Under the pieces are notes generated by a model. It was not told where the DNA came from and did no database searches. It worked only from the letters and a program-made list of their open reading frames with translations. A program made the translations under genes and the position numbers. Shown piece after piece: positions 28,637-37,800 of a stretch of DNA of 64,000 nucleotides. Positions within the stretch are counted from its first letter, which is position 1. The number at the start of each line of letters is the position of its first letter. This stretch comes from an uncultured virus (IMG/VR IMGVR_UViG_3300031994_000090) (taxonomy: Duplodnaviria; Heunggongvirae; Uroviricota; Caudoviricetes): the IMG/VR virus record IMGVR_UViG_3300031994_000090; one strand, written 5' to 3'.

Positions 28637-28807
28637 ATGACGTTCGAGTCAAAAGAGGTTAGCGGCAACGGGCCCGAGAAAAACTTCGTTGAGTGTCCGT
28701 TTTGCGAGCAGAAATTGCTCAATGTCGCGTCTCTTGAAGGCGAGACAGAGGTTGTGGTGAAATGCCGCCGATGTCACCGCTTTGTGAGGATTCGATTAGT
28801 TCCTTGA
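28637..28807 (+). CDS. Mu Com-like zinc-finger protein
   Basis: CPFCEQKL...VKCRRC. Confidence 0.65.
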   Translation: MTFESKEVSGNGPEKNFVECPFCEQKLLNVASLEGETEVVVKCRRCHRFVRIRLVP

Positions 28808-28916
28808 TATACTCATTGCGTTGAAAAAGCCGTAGAGCTGTTTTCTCGGTCCATACCGGACCGTGGAGGCAGCTCTATTTTTTTATACTCACAACCCAAA
28901 CAAGTTCTTTAACAAC

Positions 28917-29567
28917 ATGAAAACCAAAATTTTAGCAGCCCTCAAAACCAAGTATGCAAATTTGGGGTTGAGTGACAAGGCGTTTGATGGGGTGGCCGCA
29001 CTGCTCGTAAAAACCATCACGAAAGACGAGGAAATCGAGGCCGGAATCGCCGGTGCCGAAGTCGAAACCCTCTTGAAGTCTATCCAGAGTTCCGTAGATG
29101 CCGAGCGCACCAAAGCGGCCCAGGCCGCGAAGGACCTTGAGGATTACAAGAAGGCTCACCCTGAACAGGGCGGTGGCGACAGTCCCGAAGTAAAGAAACT
29201 CAAGGACGACCTTGAGAAGCAGAAAACCGAACTCGAAACCCTCAAGGCCAACTACAATGACCAAATCAAGCAGGGTAAATTCAACGCTCTGCGGGACCAG
29301 GTGAAAGGAAAGGCCACCGAACTCAACGTATCCAACGTAGCCATCTGGAATGATGTCGTCGCCGGTATCGAAATCAAAGACGATTCGACCGTTGAGACCA
29401 TCCTCACTGCGGTAAAATCCGCTTATGAGGATAAACTCAAGTCTTACATCGGCGAAGGTGCCGCCCCCTATCGTGGGGATGGCTCTCCGAAACCCGCCGA
29501 GGTGAGTGCCGAGGACCGCGCCAAGAAGGCCAAGGAGGATGCTGACCGAGTTCGTAACAACAGTTGA
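28917..29567 (+). CDS. Capsid scaffold protein
   Basis: Coiled-coil, upstream of decoration and major capsid genes. Confidence 0.65.
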   Translation: MKTKILAALKTKYANLGLSDKAFDGVAALLVKTITKDEEIEAGIAGAEVETLLKSIQSSVDAERTKAAQAAKDLEDYKKAHPEQGGGDSPEVKKLKDDLEKQKTELETLKANYNDQIKQGKFNALRDQVKGKATELNVSNVAIWNDVVAGIEIKDDSTVETILTAVKSAYEDKLKSYIGEGAAPYRGDGSPKPAEVSAEDRAKKAKEDADRVRNNS

Positions 29568-29589
29568 CATCCATAAAAAACAAATTATC

Positions 29590-30258
29590 ATGCCTATTTA
29601 CGAACACTTCAACAACGCTTATTCGCGCCACAGCCAGCAGGTAGGTGGTGCGAATCCGTTCCTCTGCCACCCCGACGAGGTGAAGTACCGTCAGTACGGT
29701 GCTCTCATTTCCGACACCCTCGCAGAGAAGGAGTTGGTGCATGCCGGAACCCCCTTTGAGGTTGACCTCAAGGCCCACACCGCCAAACTTATGAAGGTGT
29801 GGGAGGTCCTGAAGGTCGAGGCGAGCGGAAGCAATTCCGTTATCACCCTCGGAGCATCTTGGCTCGCACCCAAACTCGTCGCTACTGATGTCGTGATGGT
29901 GGTTCCCGCCTCCATCAGTGGTACTGGTAAGGCCGTCGCCGCCGGTACTGTCACCGACAACCAGGACGGCACTGTCTCCATCACCGTAGTTACCGCCAAC
30001 ATCGACACCGTGAAGGCCGGTGATTTCCTCACCATCGCCGCCGAAGCCGGTTCCGGTAAGGCCGTCGCAGTGAAGGGTAACGCCGTATTCACCCGCGACC
30101 TGTACGCAGGTAACGCCCAGAACTTCGTTGACATCGCCCGTGGCGAGGTTTACTGCTACGTGAACACCTGCAACGGTATTCCCGCCGCAGTCATCGCCGC
30201 CGCCCGCGAAATCGGCCAGTTCATCGAACCCGAGTATTTCGCAGAAGTAACCGAATAA
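29590..30258 (+). CDS. Head decoration/auxiliary capsid protein
   Basis: AGTP motif, Ala/Gly/Val-rich, strong codon bias, precedes major capsid gene. Confidence 0.6.
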   Translation: MPIYEHFNNAYSRHSQQVGGANPFLCHPDEVKYRQYGALISDTLAEKELVHAGTPFEVDLKAHTAKLMKVWEVLKVEASGSNSVITLGASWLAPKLVATDVVMVVPASISGTGKAVAAGTVTDNQDGTVSITVVTANIDTVKAGDFLTIAAEAGSGKAVAVKGNAVFTRDLYAGNAQNFVDIARGEVYCYVNTCNGIPAAVIAAAREIGQFIEPEYFAEVTE

Positions 30259-30277
30259 AGCAAAGGAGGACTAAATT

Positions 30278-31480
30278 ATGGCAAAGAATCTCATTTCCGG
30301 TCTGTATTCGACCGAATTTTATCAGCTTCTGGAGCCCGGTCTTCTCGCTCGCGGTTACAAGAACCTCGAAGACTGGATTGCTGAACAGCCGAACTACTGG
30401 TTCGACGAAGAGGAGTGGAAGTCCATCTACACCCTTGCTCCGTTTGAGAACCCCGCCCGCACCTTCGACCAGAAGATTGGCGAGCGTTCCGTTCCCATCA
30501 TGGCCACCTACCTCTCCGATGAGGCAGAAGGACCGCTGCTTCCTACCGCTGGCTTCGAGAAGAAGACTGGCGAAATCCCTCGTATGGGCCGTGGTGTCGC
30601 CTTCGACATCGACGCATACGAGAAGATGCAGCAGCTCGCCCGTCAGGGTGTCAACGTTCAGGATTCCTTCTACGACCAGTTCGTAAAAGACACCATGAAC
30701 CTCATCCAGAGCATCCACAGCCAGCGTACCTTCACCGGTCTCCAGGTGGAGTCCAAGGGTTCTTACGTAACCACCAAGGAAACCAGTAATGGCGGAATTA
30801 TCGGTTACGAAATCAACCTGAACCCCGTCGCGGAGAACCGCAAGAAGTGCGGCGGCTTCTGGCTCGGTGAGTACAAGCACGGCACCAAGAACGCATGGAG
30901 CAACGCCAACGCGAAGCCCCTTGGCGACCTGGAGGACATGTACAACTATGGTTGGCGCATGCGCATCATCCCTCGCGACCCCAACGCATCGGTATTCCGT
31001 ATCAGCGCAAGCGGTTGGGAGGTCCTGAAGGCCCATGCCGACACCAAGGCCCGTGTGGCTTTCTGGAAGTACGGCCCTACCACCGGCTCTCTCGCAGAGT
31101 ACGTCGTGACCGACGCTGACCTCAACGGTTACATCGCATCCCTTGGTCTCCCGAAGGTGGAGGTCGTATCTTACTACGGCTTCGGCACCCTCATCAACCC
31201 CAAGACCAAGAAGTTCGAGACCGTCGAGACCGAGGCTTTCGACGCCAATACCGTCGTGCTCCGTCCCAGCGGCAAGTTCGGTGAAATCCAGTGGAAGCGT
31301 GCCAACAACATCCTGGCCACTGCCGATTCTCCGATTATGTACACCGACGGCGGTGCAATCGCCATCTGCGAGGACCGCGGCAAGAAGGGTCTGGTGTTCC
31401 AGGCCGAGTCCATCTGCCTCCCCGTGCCGAAGGCTATCCAGACCGTGCTGTACCTCTCCATCAACGAGGCCGCAGCCTAA
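30278..31480 (+). CDS. Major capsid protein
   Basis: 400 aa, strong codon bias, W.NANAKPLGDL, C-terminal LPVP; position. Confidence 0.8.
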   Translation: MAKNLISGLYSTEFYQLLEPGLLARGYKNLEDWIAEQPNYWFDEEEWKSIYTLAPFENPARTFDQKIGERSVPIMATYLSDEAEGPLLPTAGFEKKTGEIPRMGRGVAFDIDAYEKMQQLARQGVNVQDSFYDQFVKDTMNLIQSIHSQRTFTGLQVESKGSYVTTKETSNGGIIGYEINLNPVAENRKKCGGFWLGEYKHGTKNAWSNANAKPLGDLEDMYNYGWRMRIIPRDPNASVFRISASGWEVLKAHADTKARVAFWKYGPTTGSLAEYVVTDADLNGYIASLGLPKVEVVSYYGFGTLINPKTKKFETVETEAFDANTVVLRPSGKFGEIQWKRANNILATADSPIMYTDGGAIAICEDRGKKGLVFQAESICLPVPKAIQTVLYLSINEAAA

Positions 31481-31500
31481 CCATTTGATTGAACCGAGTT

Positions 31501-31875
31501 ATGGGTAAGCTGGTAGAAGATTATCTGAAAGACCTTACGGCGTTTGACGTCACTGATGGTGCCATCGAAAACGTTCTGCTTGATGCGGGCGTGAAGGCTG
31601 GCTCCGAATGGGACTCCCTCACTGTCAAACAGCGCGACCTCTGCAAAGCATACACCTATCTCTGGTGTGCTTCCACTCCGTCAATCTCCGGCTCCGTCGA
31701 GGATTCCGATAGTGGATGGTCACACCGGGAGGGTGGCAAGCAGACCTCTGCTTATGACAAGAGGCTGATGCGCCAGATGGGCCTTGACCTTCTTGCCAAG
31801 TATGGCCTTAACTCGGGAAAATCAACGATTCACGTTGTGGCGGGAGGCATGCGAGTGTTCCCCCGCCACAAATAA
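31501..31875 (+). CDS. Head-tail adaptor
   Basis: Position after major capsid gene; RDLCKAYTYLW. Confidence 0.55.
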   Translation: MGKLVEDYLKDLTAFDVTDGAIENVLLDAGVKAGSEWDSLTVKQRDLCKAYTYLWCASTPSISGSVEDSDSGWSHREGGKQTSAYDKRLMRQMGLDLLAKYGLNSGKSTIHVVAGGMRVFPRHK

Positions 31876-31887
31876 ACGCTCTTTGAC

Positions 31888-32490
31888 ATGGCTTACAACC
31901 CTCGCTTTCCATATACGCTGCGTGTCCTTCGGGCGGCGATGAACGAGTATGGCGAACCCGTCTTTGACGAGAACGGTACTCCGTCATATCGCGCCCTGAT
32001 GCTTGACGTCGCGGAGTATGAGGGGCAGATGCCGAAGATGGTTGTGCCTACGATTGTTTCCGATGCAATTCTTTCTTCCGAGGATGGGGCCTTGCTCGTT
32101 ACCGAGGAAAACCAGAAAGTGATTGTGTCGGAGCAACCAGGACACGCCACTTCCAACACTCTGCTCTTGAGTGAGGATAATGTCTTTATTCTGACCGAGG
32201 ACGGGAAATACATTGTTGTCGGGACGGAGGCGGTCAAGGACCGCGTTCCACAGACTCGTCAACGTATGTTTATCCCCTTCGGGTATCGCCAGCAGACTGC
32301 CAATGCCGTTATTAACGGCGATGTGATTATTGCCGAAATGAAAATCGCTTGCCCCTTGATTCTCGGTGATATTCGCACGAAGGACCTTCTGGAACTGACG
32401 GATAATGACAGGACCTTCCGGGCGGAGGTTGTAAAGAAAATCAACACCAATTTCGGAACGAATATCTGGTACAACGAGGTCAAGCAATGA
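31888..32490 (+). CDS. Head closure protein with two SEDxxxLxTE repeats
   Basis: NPRFPYT start, GTNIWY end; position. Confidence 0.55.
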   Translation: MAYNPRFPYTLRVLRAAMNEYGEPVFDENGTPSYRALMLDVAEYEGQMPKMVVPTIVSDAILSSEDGALLVTEENQKVIVSEQPGHATSNTLLLSEDNVFILTEDGKYIVVGTEAVKDRVPQTRQRMFIPFGYRQQTANAVINGDVIIAEMKIACPLILGDIRTKDLLELTDNDRTFRAEVVKKINTNFGTNIWYNEVKQ

Positions 32491-32930
32491 CGAATCAGGA
32501 GGTTATCAGGAAAAAGTTCGCACTGTTACGCGAAAGAGTTGCAGAGGGCGGCAGGGCCGGTCTCTGTGAGCAGATGGAGCGTACCATGCAGCAGTCCATA
32601 AACCTCCACATGGTTCTGGAGGATGGTGCTCACAGGCACCACACTCTCGAATCTGATTCCCATGGTTGGGCCGTTGCCGACAAGGGGAAACTCGTAAAAT
32701 CCGGAGCAAGCGAACTTGAAATGTCGAACCTTTATGGCTCGGCGGAAGAGGATGCTTCCCGGGAGGCCGCGAGGGATTCCGCGAATCAGGTAGGGGTTTT
32801 CTCCGCAGTTATGGGCGACTACGACAGCGCCCGTTTCGAGGAGAAACTTCACGAACTCCTGATGGTGTCGGCGCACCAGGACTTCATTGTTTATTTCCGA
32901 AGGAATTACAAGCCCGTTAGCAAGCGATGA
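32487..32930 (+). CDS. Neck/tail completion protein
   Basis: Position. Confidence 0.45.
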   Translation: MTNQEVIRKKFALLRERVAEGGRAGLCEQMERTMQQSINLHMVLEDGAHRHHTLESDSHGWAVADKGKLVKSGASELEMSNLYGSAEEDASREAARDSANQVGVFSAVMGDYDSARFEEKLHELLMVSAHQDFIVYFRRNYKPVSKR

Positions 32931-33316
32931 ACAACTTTGACATTACCGACATAGAGAACACCCTTAAGGGTATCGTGCGCGAGTCTGGGGTTTCCGAGAC
33001 CGTGTACTCTAACCGGCCCAAGGCTACGCCCGCCCCGAAGGATGATTTCGTCGTGGTGTCGGTTGTTGGAAGGGTCAATGACCGTGCTGCGCTCGGTGAC
33101 TGTCAGGTGTTGATTTACCTTTTTGCCCGCGACGCACAGGCGTTCAAGAATAGCGCGAAGTTGAGCAAGATGTACCAAACCTTCAGGGCGGGGCTTCCCG
33201 GCTTTAAGGATAAGTACGAGTTCAACCAGACGCCTTCTGTGCTTGGCGACGTCGCGGACGATTACGGATACCATGCAAGGGTGATTGAATTGTTTGTAAC
33301 TATTAAATCTGAATAA
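32927..33316 (+). CDS. Tail terminator-like protein
   Basis: Position before major tail protein. Confidence 0.5.
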   Translation: MNNFDITDIENTLKGIVRESGVSETVYSNRPKATPAPKDDFVVVSVVGRVNDRAALGDCQVLIYLFARDAQAFKNSAKLSKMYQTFRAGLPGFKDKYEFNQTPSVLGDVADDYGYHARVIELFVTIKSE

Positions 33317-33321
33317 ATACC

Positions 33322-33903
33322 ATGGCAACATTGACTGAAGCAATGAAGCAGGATTTGCACATTGGCAATTCCCAGCTTGCTATCTTGCCCTACACCCCTG
33401 GGGCAAGTTACGCCACTCCCACTGACTTCTCGGAGGCTGATGTTCTCTACACTCTGGAGGGCACCCTGAACTTCGACGAAGGTTCCCCTTCCACCAACCC
33501 TATCCGCCTCGACCAGAAGCATGAGGTTATCGACGACGAGTTCACAGAGGACCAGGAGTACACCATGACCGGTGACATCCCCTCCATCAACCTCGCCCTC
33601 ATGTCCTATTTCTTCGAGGAAGGTGCCGCCGTTTCCGGTGTCAAATCCCCCGACGGTGACTTCACCTACGCCGGTAAGGGCTTCGGTGCCGCCAAGACCC
33701 GTGAGGTTGTTGTGCTCGCCGTTTCCCAGAGCAAGAAGACCGCCATCATTCTCAACCACGTGAAGATGCGTCTTTCTCGCCCGAAGGGAAGCGACAACAC
33801 CAGCCCGAAGGTCATGAGCATCACCGGCGCTTGCATCGCCGACGTAAACGGCATGGTGGTTACTCCTCTGCCTACGGCAACGGCTGTAACACCCACCCCT
33901 TAA
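33322..33903 (+). CDS. Major tail tube protein
   Basis: 193 aa, strong codon bias, followed by terminator and chaperones. Confidence 0.7.
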   Translation: MATLTEAMKQDLHIGNSQLAILPYTPGASYATPTDFSEADVLYTLEGTLNFDEGSPSTNPIRLDQKHEVIDDEFTEDQEYTMTGDIPSINLALMSYFFEEGAAVSGVKSPDGDFTYAGKGFGAAKTREVVVLAVSQSKKTAIILNHVKMRLSRPKGSDNTSPKVMSITGACIADVNGMVVTPLPTATAVTPTP

Positions 33904-33925
33904 TCACGGGAGGTAGGTCGAACGA

Positions 33926-33957
33926 GGGGCGGGTGGTATGTATCGCCCGCCCTTTTT
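33926..33957 (+). terminator. Rho-independent terminator
   Basis: GGGCGGGTG...CGCCCGCCC-TTTTT. Confidence 0.75.
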
Positions 33958-33971
33958 CAAATTAACAATCT

Positions 33972-34481
33972 ATGATAGAAGAAAAACAGCCCTCCCTTGA
34001 GGCGAGACAGGCCGTAATGGCCATATTGAATGACAAGCCCACCGTGGTTACGATTCCCGGCACCCGCCATAAGGTGAAACTGGGCTTTCTGCGTGATTGT
34101 ACGGTGGATAAGGTAACGGAACTGCTTCTTGAGAGGGAGGAACAGGAGGAGAAGGCCGAGGGTGCGGAGGAACTGATGCGCTCTAATGCGAAGCACCCGT
34201 ATCTCAACCTCAAGATTGCAGTGTGCTACGTGCTCAATGACTACTGGAAACTGCGCCTTTTCTTTCCTCTTGTCTGGAGGTGGTGGGCCTATGTCTGGAG
34301 GCTCAATGAGGCCCAGGTTGGTGCTGTCCTCGCGGAAGTAAAAAAAAAGACAAGTTTACACCTTACCTGGTACTCAATGAATTTGGGGTACTTGCGGGAT
34401 ACCAGAGCCGACCTAAAAACACTGGCGATTCAAAGCCCATCCCCTCATACACAGAAATCGGAAGGCGGGCAGCCTTCATAA
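33972..34481 (+). CDS. Tail assembly chaperone (G-like)
   Basis: Between major tail and tape measure genes; in-frame A AAA AAG. Confidence 0.7.
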   Translation: MIEEKQPSLEARQAVMAILNDKPTVVTIPGTRHKVKLGFLRDCTVDKVTELLLEREEQEEKAEGAEELMRSNAKHPYLNLKIAVCYVLNDYWKLRLFFPLVWRWWAYVWRLNEAQVGAVLAEVKKKTSLHLTWYSMNLGYLRDTRADLKTLAIQSPSPHTQKSEGGQPS

Positions 34482-34774
34482 AGGACTTCCCGCAGTATGG
34501 ACTGCCGAGGCGGTTCTTTTTCGGGCTTGTGAGTGTCCCAGAATGGGAATCATACGCGGTACTGTCCCGCGCTAAAAAGCAGATTATGCAGAGCGATTTG
34601 CCGCATACGCTCTACAATTTCAAGGAGAAGGAGGGTGATACATCCTTTGACCCCAATGATAAAGCCTTCGAACTGCAAAGACAGGCGGATGAGAGGGCGG
34701 CGGCAAGACGAAGGGCCCGCCAGGAGAAGGAGGGATACACGGTGGACGAGGTGTTCCGTGGCGAGGCCGATTAG
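34349..34774 (+). CDS. Tail chaperone -1 frameshift extension (T-like)
   Basis: -1 frame open without stop from slippery site to 34774. Confidence 0.7.
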   Translation, partial: DKFTPYLVLNEFGVLAGYQSRPKNTGDSKPIPSYTEIGRRAAFIKDFPQYGLPRRFFFGLVSVPEWESYAVLSRAKKQIMQSDLPHTLYNFKEKEGDTSFDPNDKAFELQRQADERAAARRRARQEKEGYTVDEVFRGEAD

Positions 34775-34802
34775 GAATTGAATTGACTTAAACGACTATA
34801 CA

Positions 34803-37800
34803 ATGGCGGATATAGACAGCTTGAAGTTCAGTATGGTTCTCGACTCTGACAAGTTCGAGAAGGATATGAAGCGCGTCGAGGGGATGGCGGAGAAGTTCGA
34901 GAAATCCGTCAGGGACGCCCTTGCTATCAGCAATCTGCTTGATGCGTCCCAGAGCAAGGGCGCAAAGGCGACGAAGGAGAAGGCTGCGGCCCAGAAGGAG
35001 GTTGTGCTCCTCACCCGTCAAGAACTGGAGGCGAAGCGAGCCGCCGGAACTATTACTGATAAGGAACTAAAGCAACTTAAGGCCCTTGTTGCAGCCGATA
35101 AGCAACTTCTGGACGAAGAGAACAAGAAACTCACCGCCCAGAAGAAGCAGCTTGATATTGAGAATAAGACGCTTAATGCCGCGAAGAAGAAGGAGGATGC
35201 CGAAAGACGCCATTCGGCGGCGGTAAATGCAACCAACAAGCACGTCGGAACACAGTCCGTCTTAATGCGGCAGATTACGTCGTATCTTGGCACCTATGTT
35301 TCCCTCTGGGGCGGAATGCGCCTTGTTTCGAATATAGTTCGCATAACTGGTGAATTTGAGGCACAAAGGGCCGCTTTGCGTGCAATCTTGATGGATGCCG
35401 CCGGTGCAGACAGGATATTCTATCAGTTGCAGGAGTTAGCAGTCAAGTCCCCCTATACCTTCCGCGACCTCACTTCCTACGCAAAGCAACTCTCGGCTTT
35501 CTCCGTCCCGATGGATGAGATATACGAGACCACGAAGAAACTCGCGGACGTGTCTGCGGGTCTTGGCGTAGATATGTCTCGTATTATCCTTGCTTACGGG
35601 CAGGTGCGTTCCGCCGCGTTCCTTCGCGGTCAGGAAGTCCGTCAGTTCACGGAGGCCGGTATCCCTATCCTTTCAGAACTCGCAAAGCAGTTTGAAGAGA
35701 TTGAGGGTCACGCTGTTTCCACCGGCGAGGTCTTTGACCGCATATCGAAGCGGCAGGTGCCGTTTGAAATGGTGGAAGAGGCATTCCGCCGCATGACTTC
35801 CGAGGGCGGCAAGTTCTATAATATGCAGGAGGTTCTGGCCGAGACGGTGAAGGGCAAACTCTCCAACTTGCAGGACTCTTGGGAAATCATGCTCTCGAAG
35901 GTTGGTGATGCGAATAGCGGTCTTATCAAGGGCACCCTGTCGCTTGTTACCGAACTAATCAACAACTACGAGAAACTGGGCCAGGTTCTGCTTGAGGTTG
36001 CGGTAGCGTATGGCACGTACAAGGCGGCAGTAGCGGCGGCTAATGTGATGCAGGGCGCCGCTCTTGCGAGCAAGTTGACGCAGTTTGTTGACGGGAAGAA
36101 AATATCTTCATTGACAATCCTTGTACAGACGTTAGCGAATGTCACGAAGAAGGGCTTGTCGAGTGTTCTTGGTGTAGTTACCAAGCATCCTTTTGCGATT
36201 GCTCTTGCAGGTGTTATGGCCGGTGTTACGGCGCTTATCTTGCACCTTCGCAAGATGAACGAGCATCTTCGCGAAACCGATAAGATTACATCGAAGGCCA
36301 TAGCATCCGCCGAGGCTTCCAAGTCCAATATCCATTATTACATCCAGCGCCTCAAGGAAGCGAAGGAGGGTACGGAGGAATATAATAGGGCTCGCCAGGA
36401 TGTTATAGACCAGGCCGGGAATTTCATTAGCGCTACCGATGCAGAGCGCCTTTCTCTGGAAAATGTGGATGATGTCTGGGTGAACATCTGCAACCACATT
36501 GAGGAGGCCACCAAACTCCAGGCTATGCAGTCCGCCACTGCTCAGGCCGCAGCGAGCAAGCAAGAGGCGCAGTTGGGCGTAATGGATGCGCTTGCCAGTT
36601 ACCAGACCCGTAAGAACAATGAGCACAACGGGTGGTTTGGCGCCAAGAAGGGCACTGTTATTTCGAATGAGTCCAGGCAGAATATCGCTTCTTATATCCG
36701 TGGCGAGATTGACTATGAAGAGTTGGTGAACCGTCTTTCCGGCCAGATAAACGGCACTGATGCTTGGGCTACCTTCCGTGGTTCTGACTTAGGTGATGCG
36801 CTTGCCAGAGCGAAGGCGTGGCGCCAAGAGTATGAGGAGGCAGAAAAGATTTATAACGAGACCGTTGCCCGTGCAAAGCAGAATATGGGCGACCTTTATG
36901 GCTCCGGCGAAAAACCCACTCCGGAGGGCCCCTCTCCGCTTGAAGGTTGGCGTGCCGCTGTTAAGGAATATATTGACGCCTTTGGTGGTGGTAATCGTGG
37001 CATGGAGGTCACGAACGCCACTGCTCTTGCGGACTATATCAAGAAGGGCGCTGACGCTCTCGATGCCGCTCGCGACGCACTCAAGCATACTCCGAAGAAC
37101 GACCCCGGATATAAAAAACTTGAGAACGACATTAAGTTCTATGAGGGTATTTCCGAGGCTATTTACGGCAAGGGATTTACCGAATACGATAATACTACCA
37201 AAAAATATAAGACGAATCAGAAGGAACTCACCAAGGCCCAGAAGGAGCGCTTGAATGGGTATAAGCAGCAGGTGGAAAATCTCAAGACGATATATTCCAC
37301 TTACCGCGCCCTTGCCCCCATGTTTACTGACGAATACGGCAACCTTGACGAAGGTGGCCTCGCGACCGTTGTGAGCAACCTCTTCGGCGGCGATTCTGTT
37401 CCAAAGAACATGGAAGAGTTTGCGGGCGCCTTCAAGGTGCTTGCGGAATCGATGGAGACCATTGACCCGAACTCCGCGCAGGATGTCCTCAATCTGATTG
37501 CGGGAATGACTGCAAAAGATGTTGGTTCGCAGTATCAGAAATCCGCCACCGCCGCAAAACGTTTTTCGGAGTTCCTGGATACCATGGGAACTCGGACCTC
37601 CAATATCTTTGGTGAGGGCATCCAGCGAAAGGCTCTGGAACTTGCAAGCGGCGTCGATAAGGCCAATGCGAAGGTTGATGCCGAGGCCGCGAAGCGTAGA
37701 AAGGAACTCCTTGCCGGGCAATTTGCCTATGAAAAGGAAGGCCATGAGAAGACTTGGGCCGAGTATCTTGAGGAGGGTAATAAGGCCATTGACGCATGGG

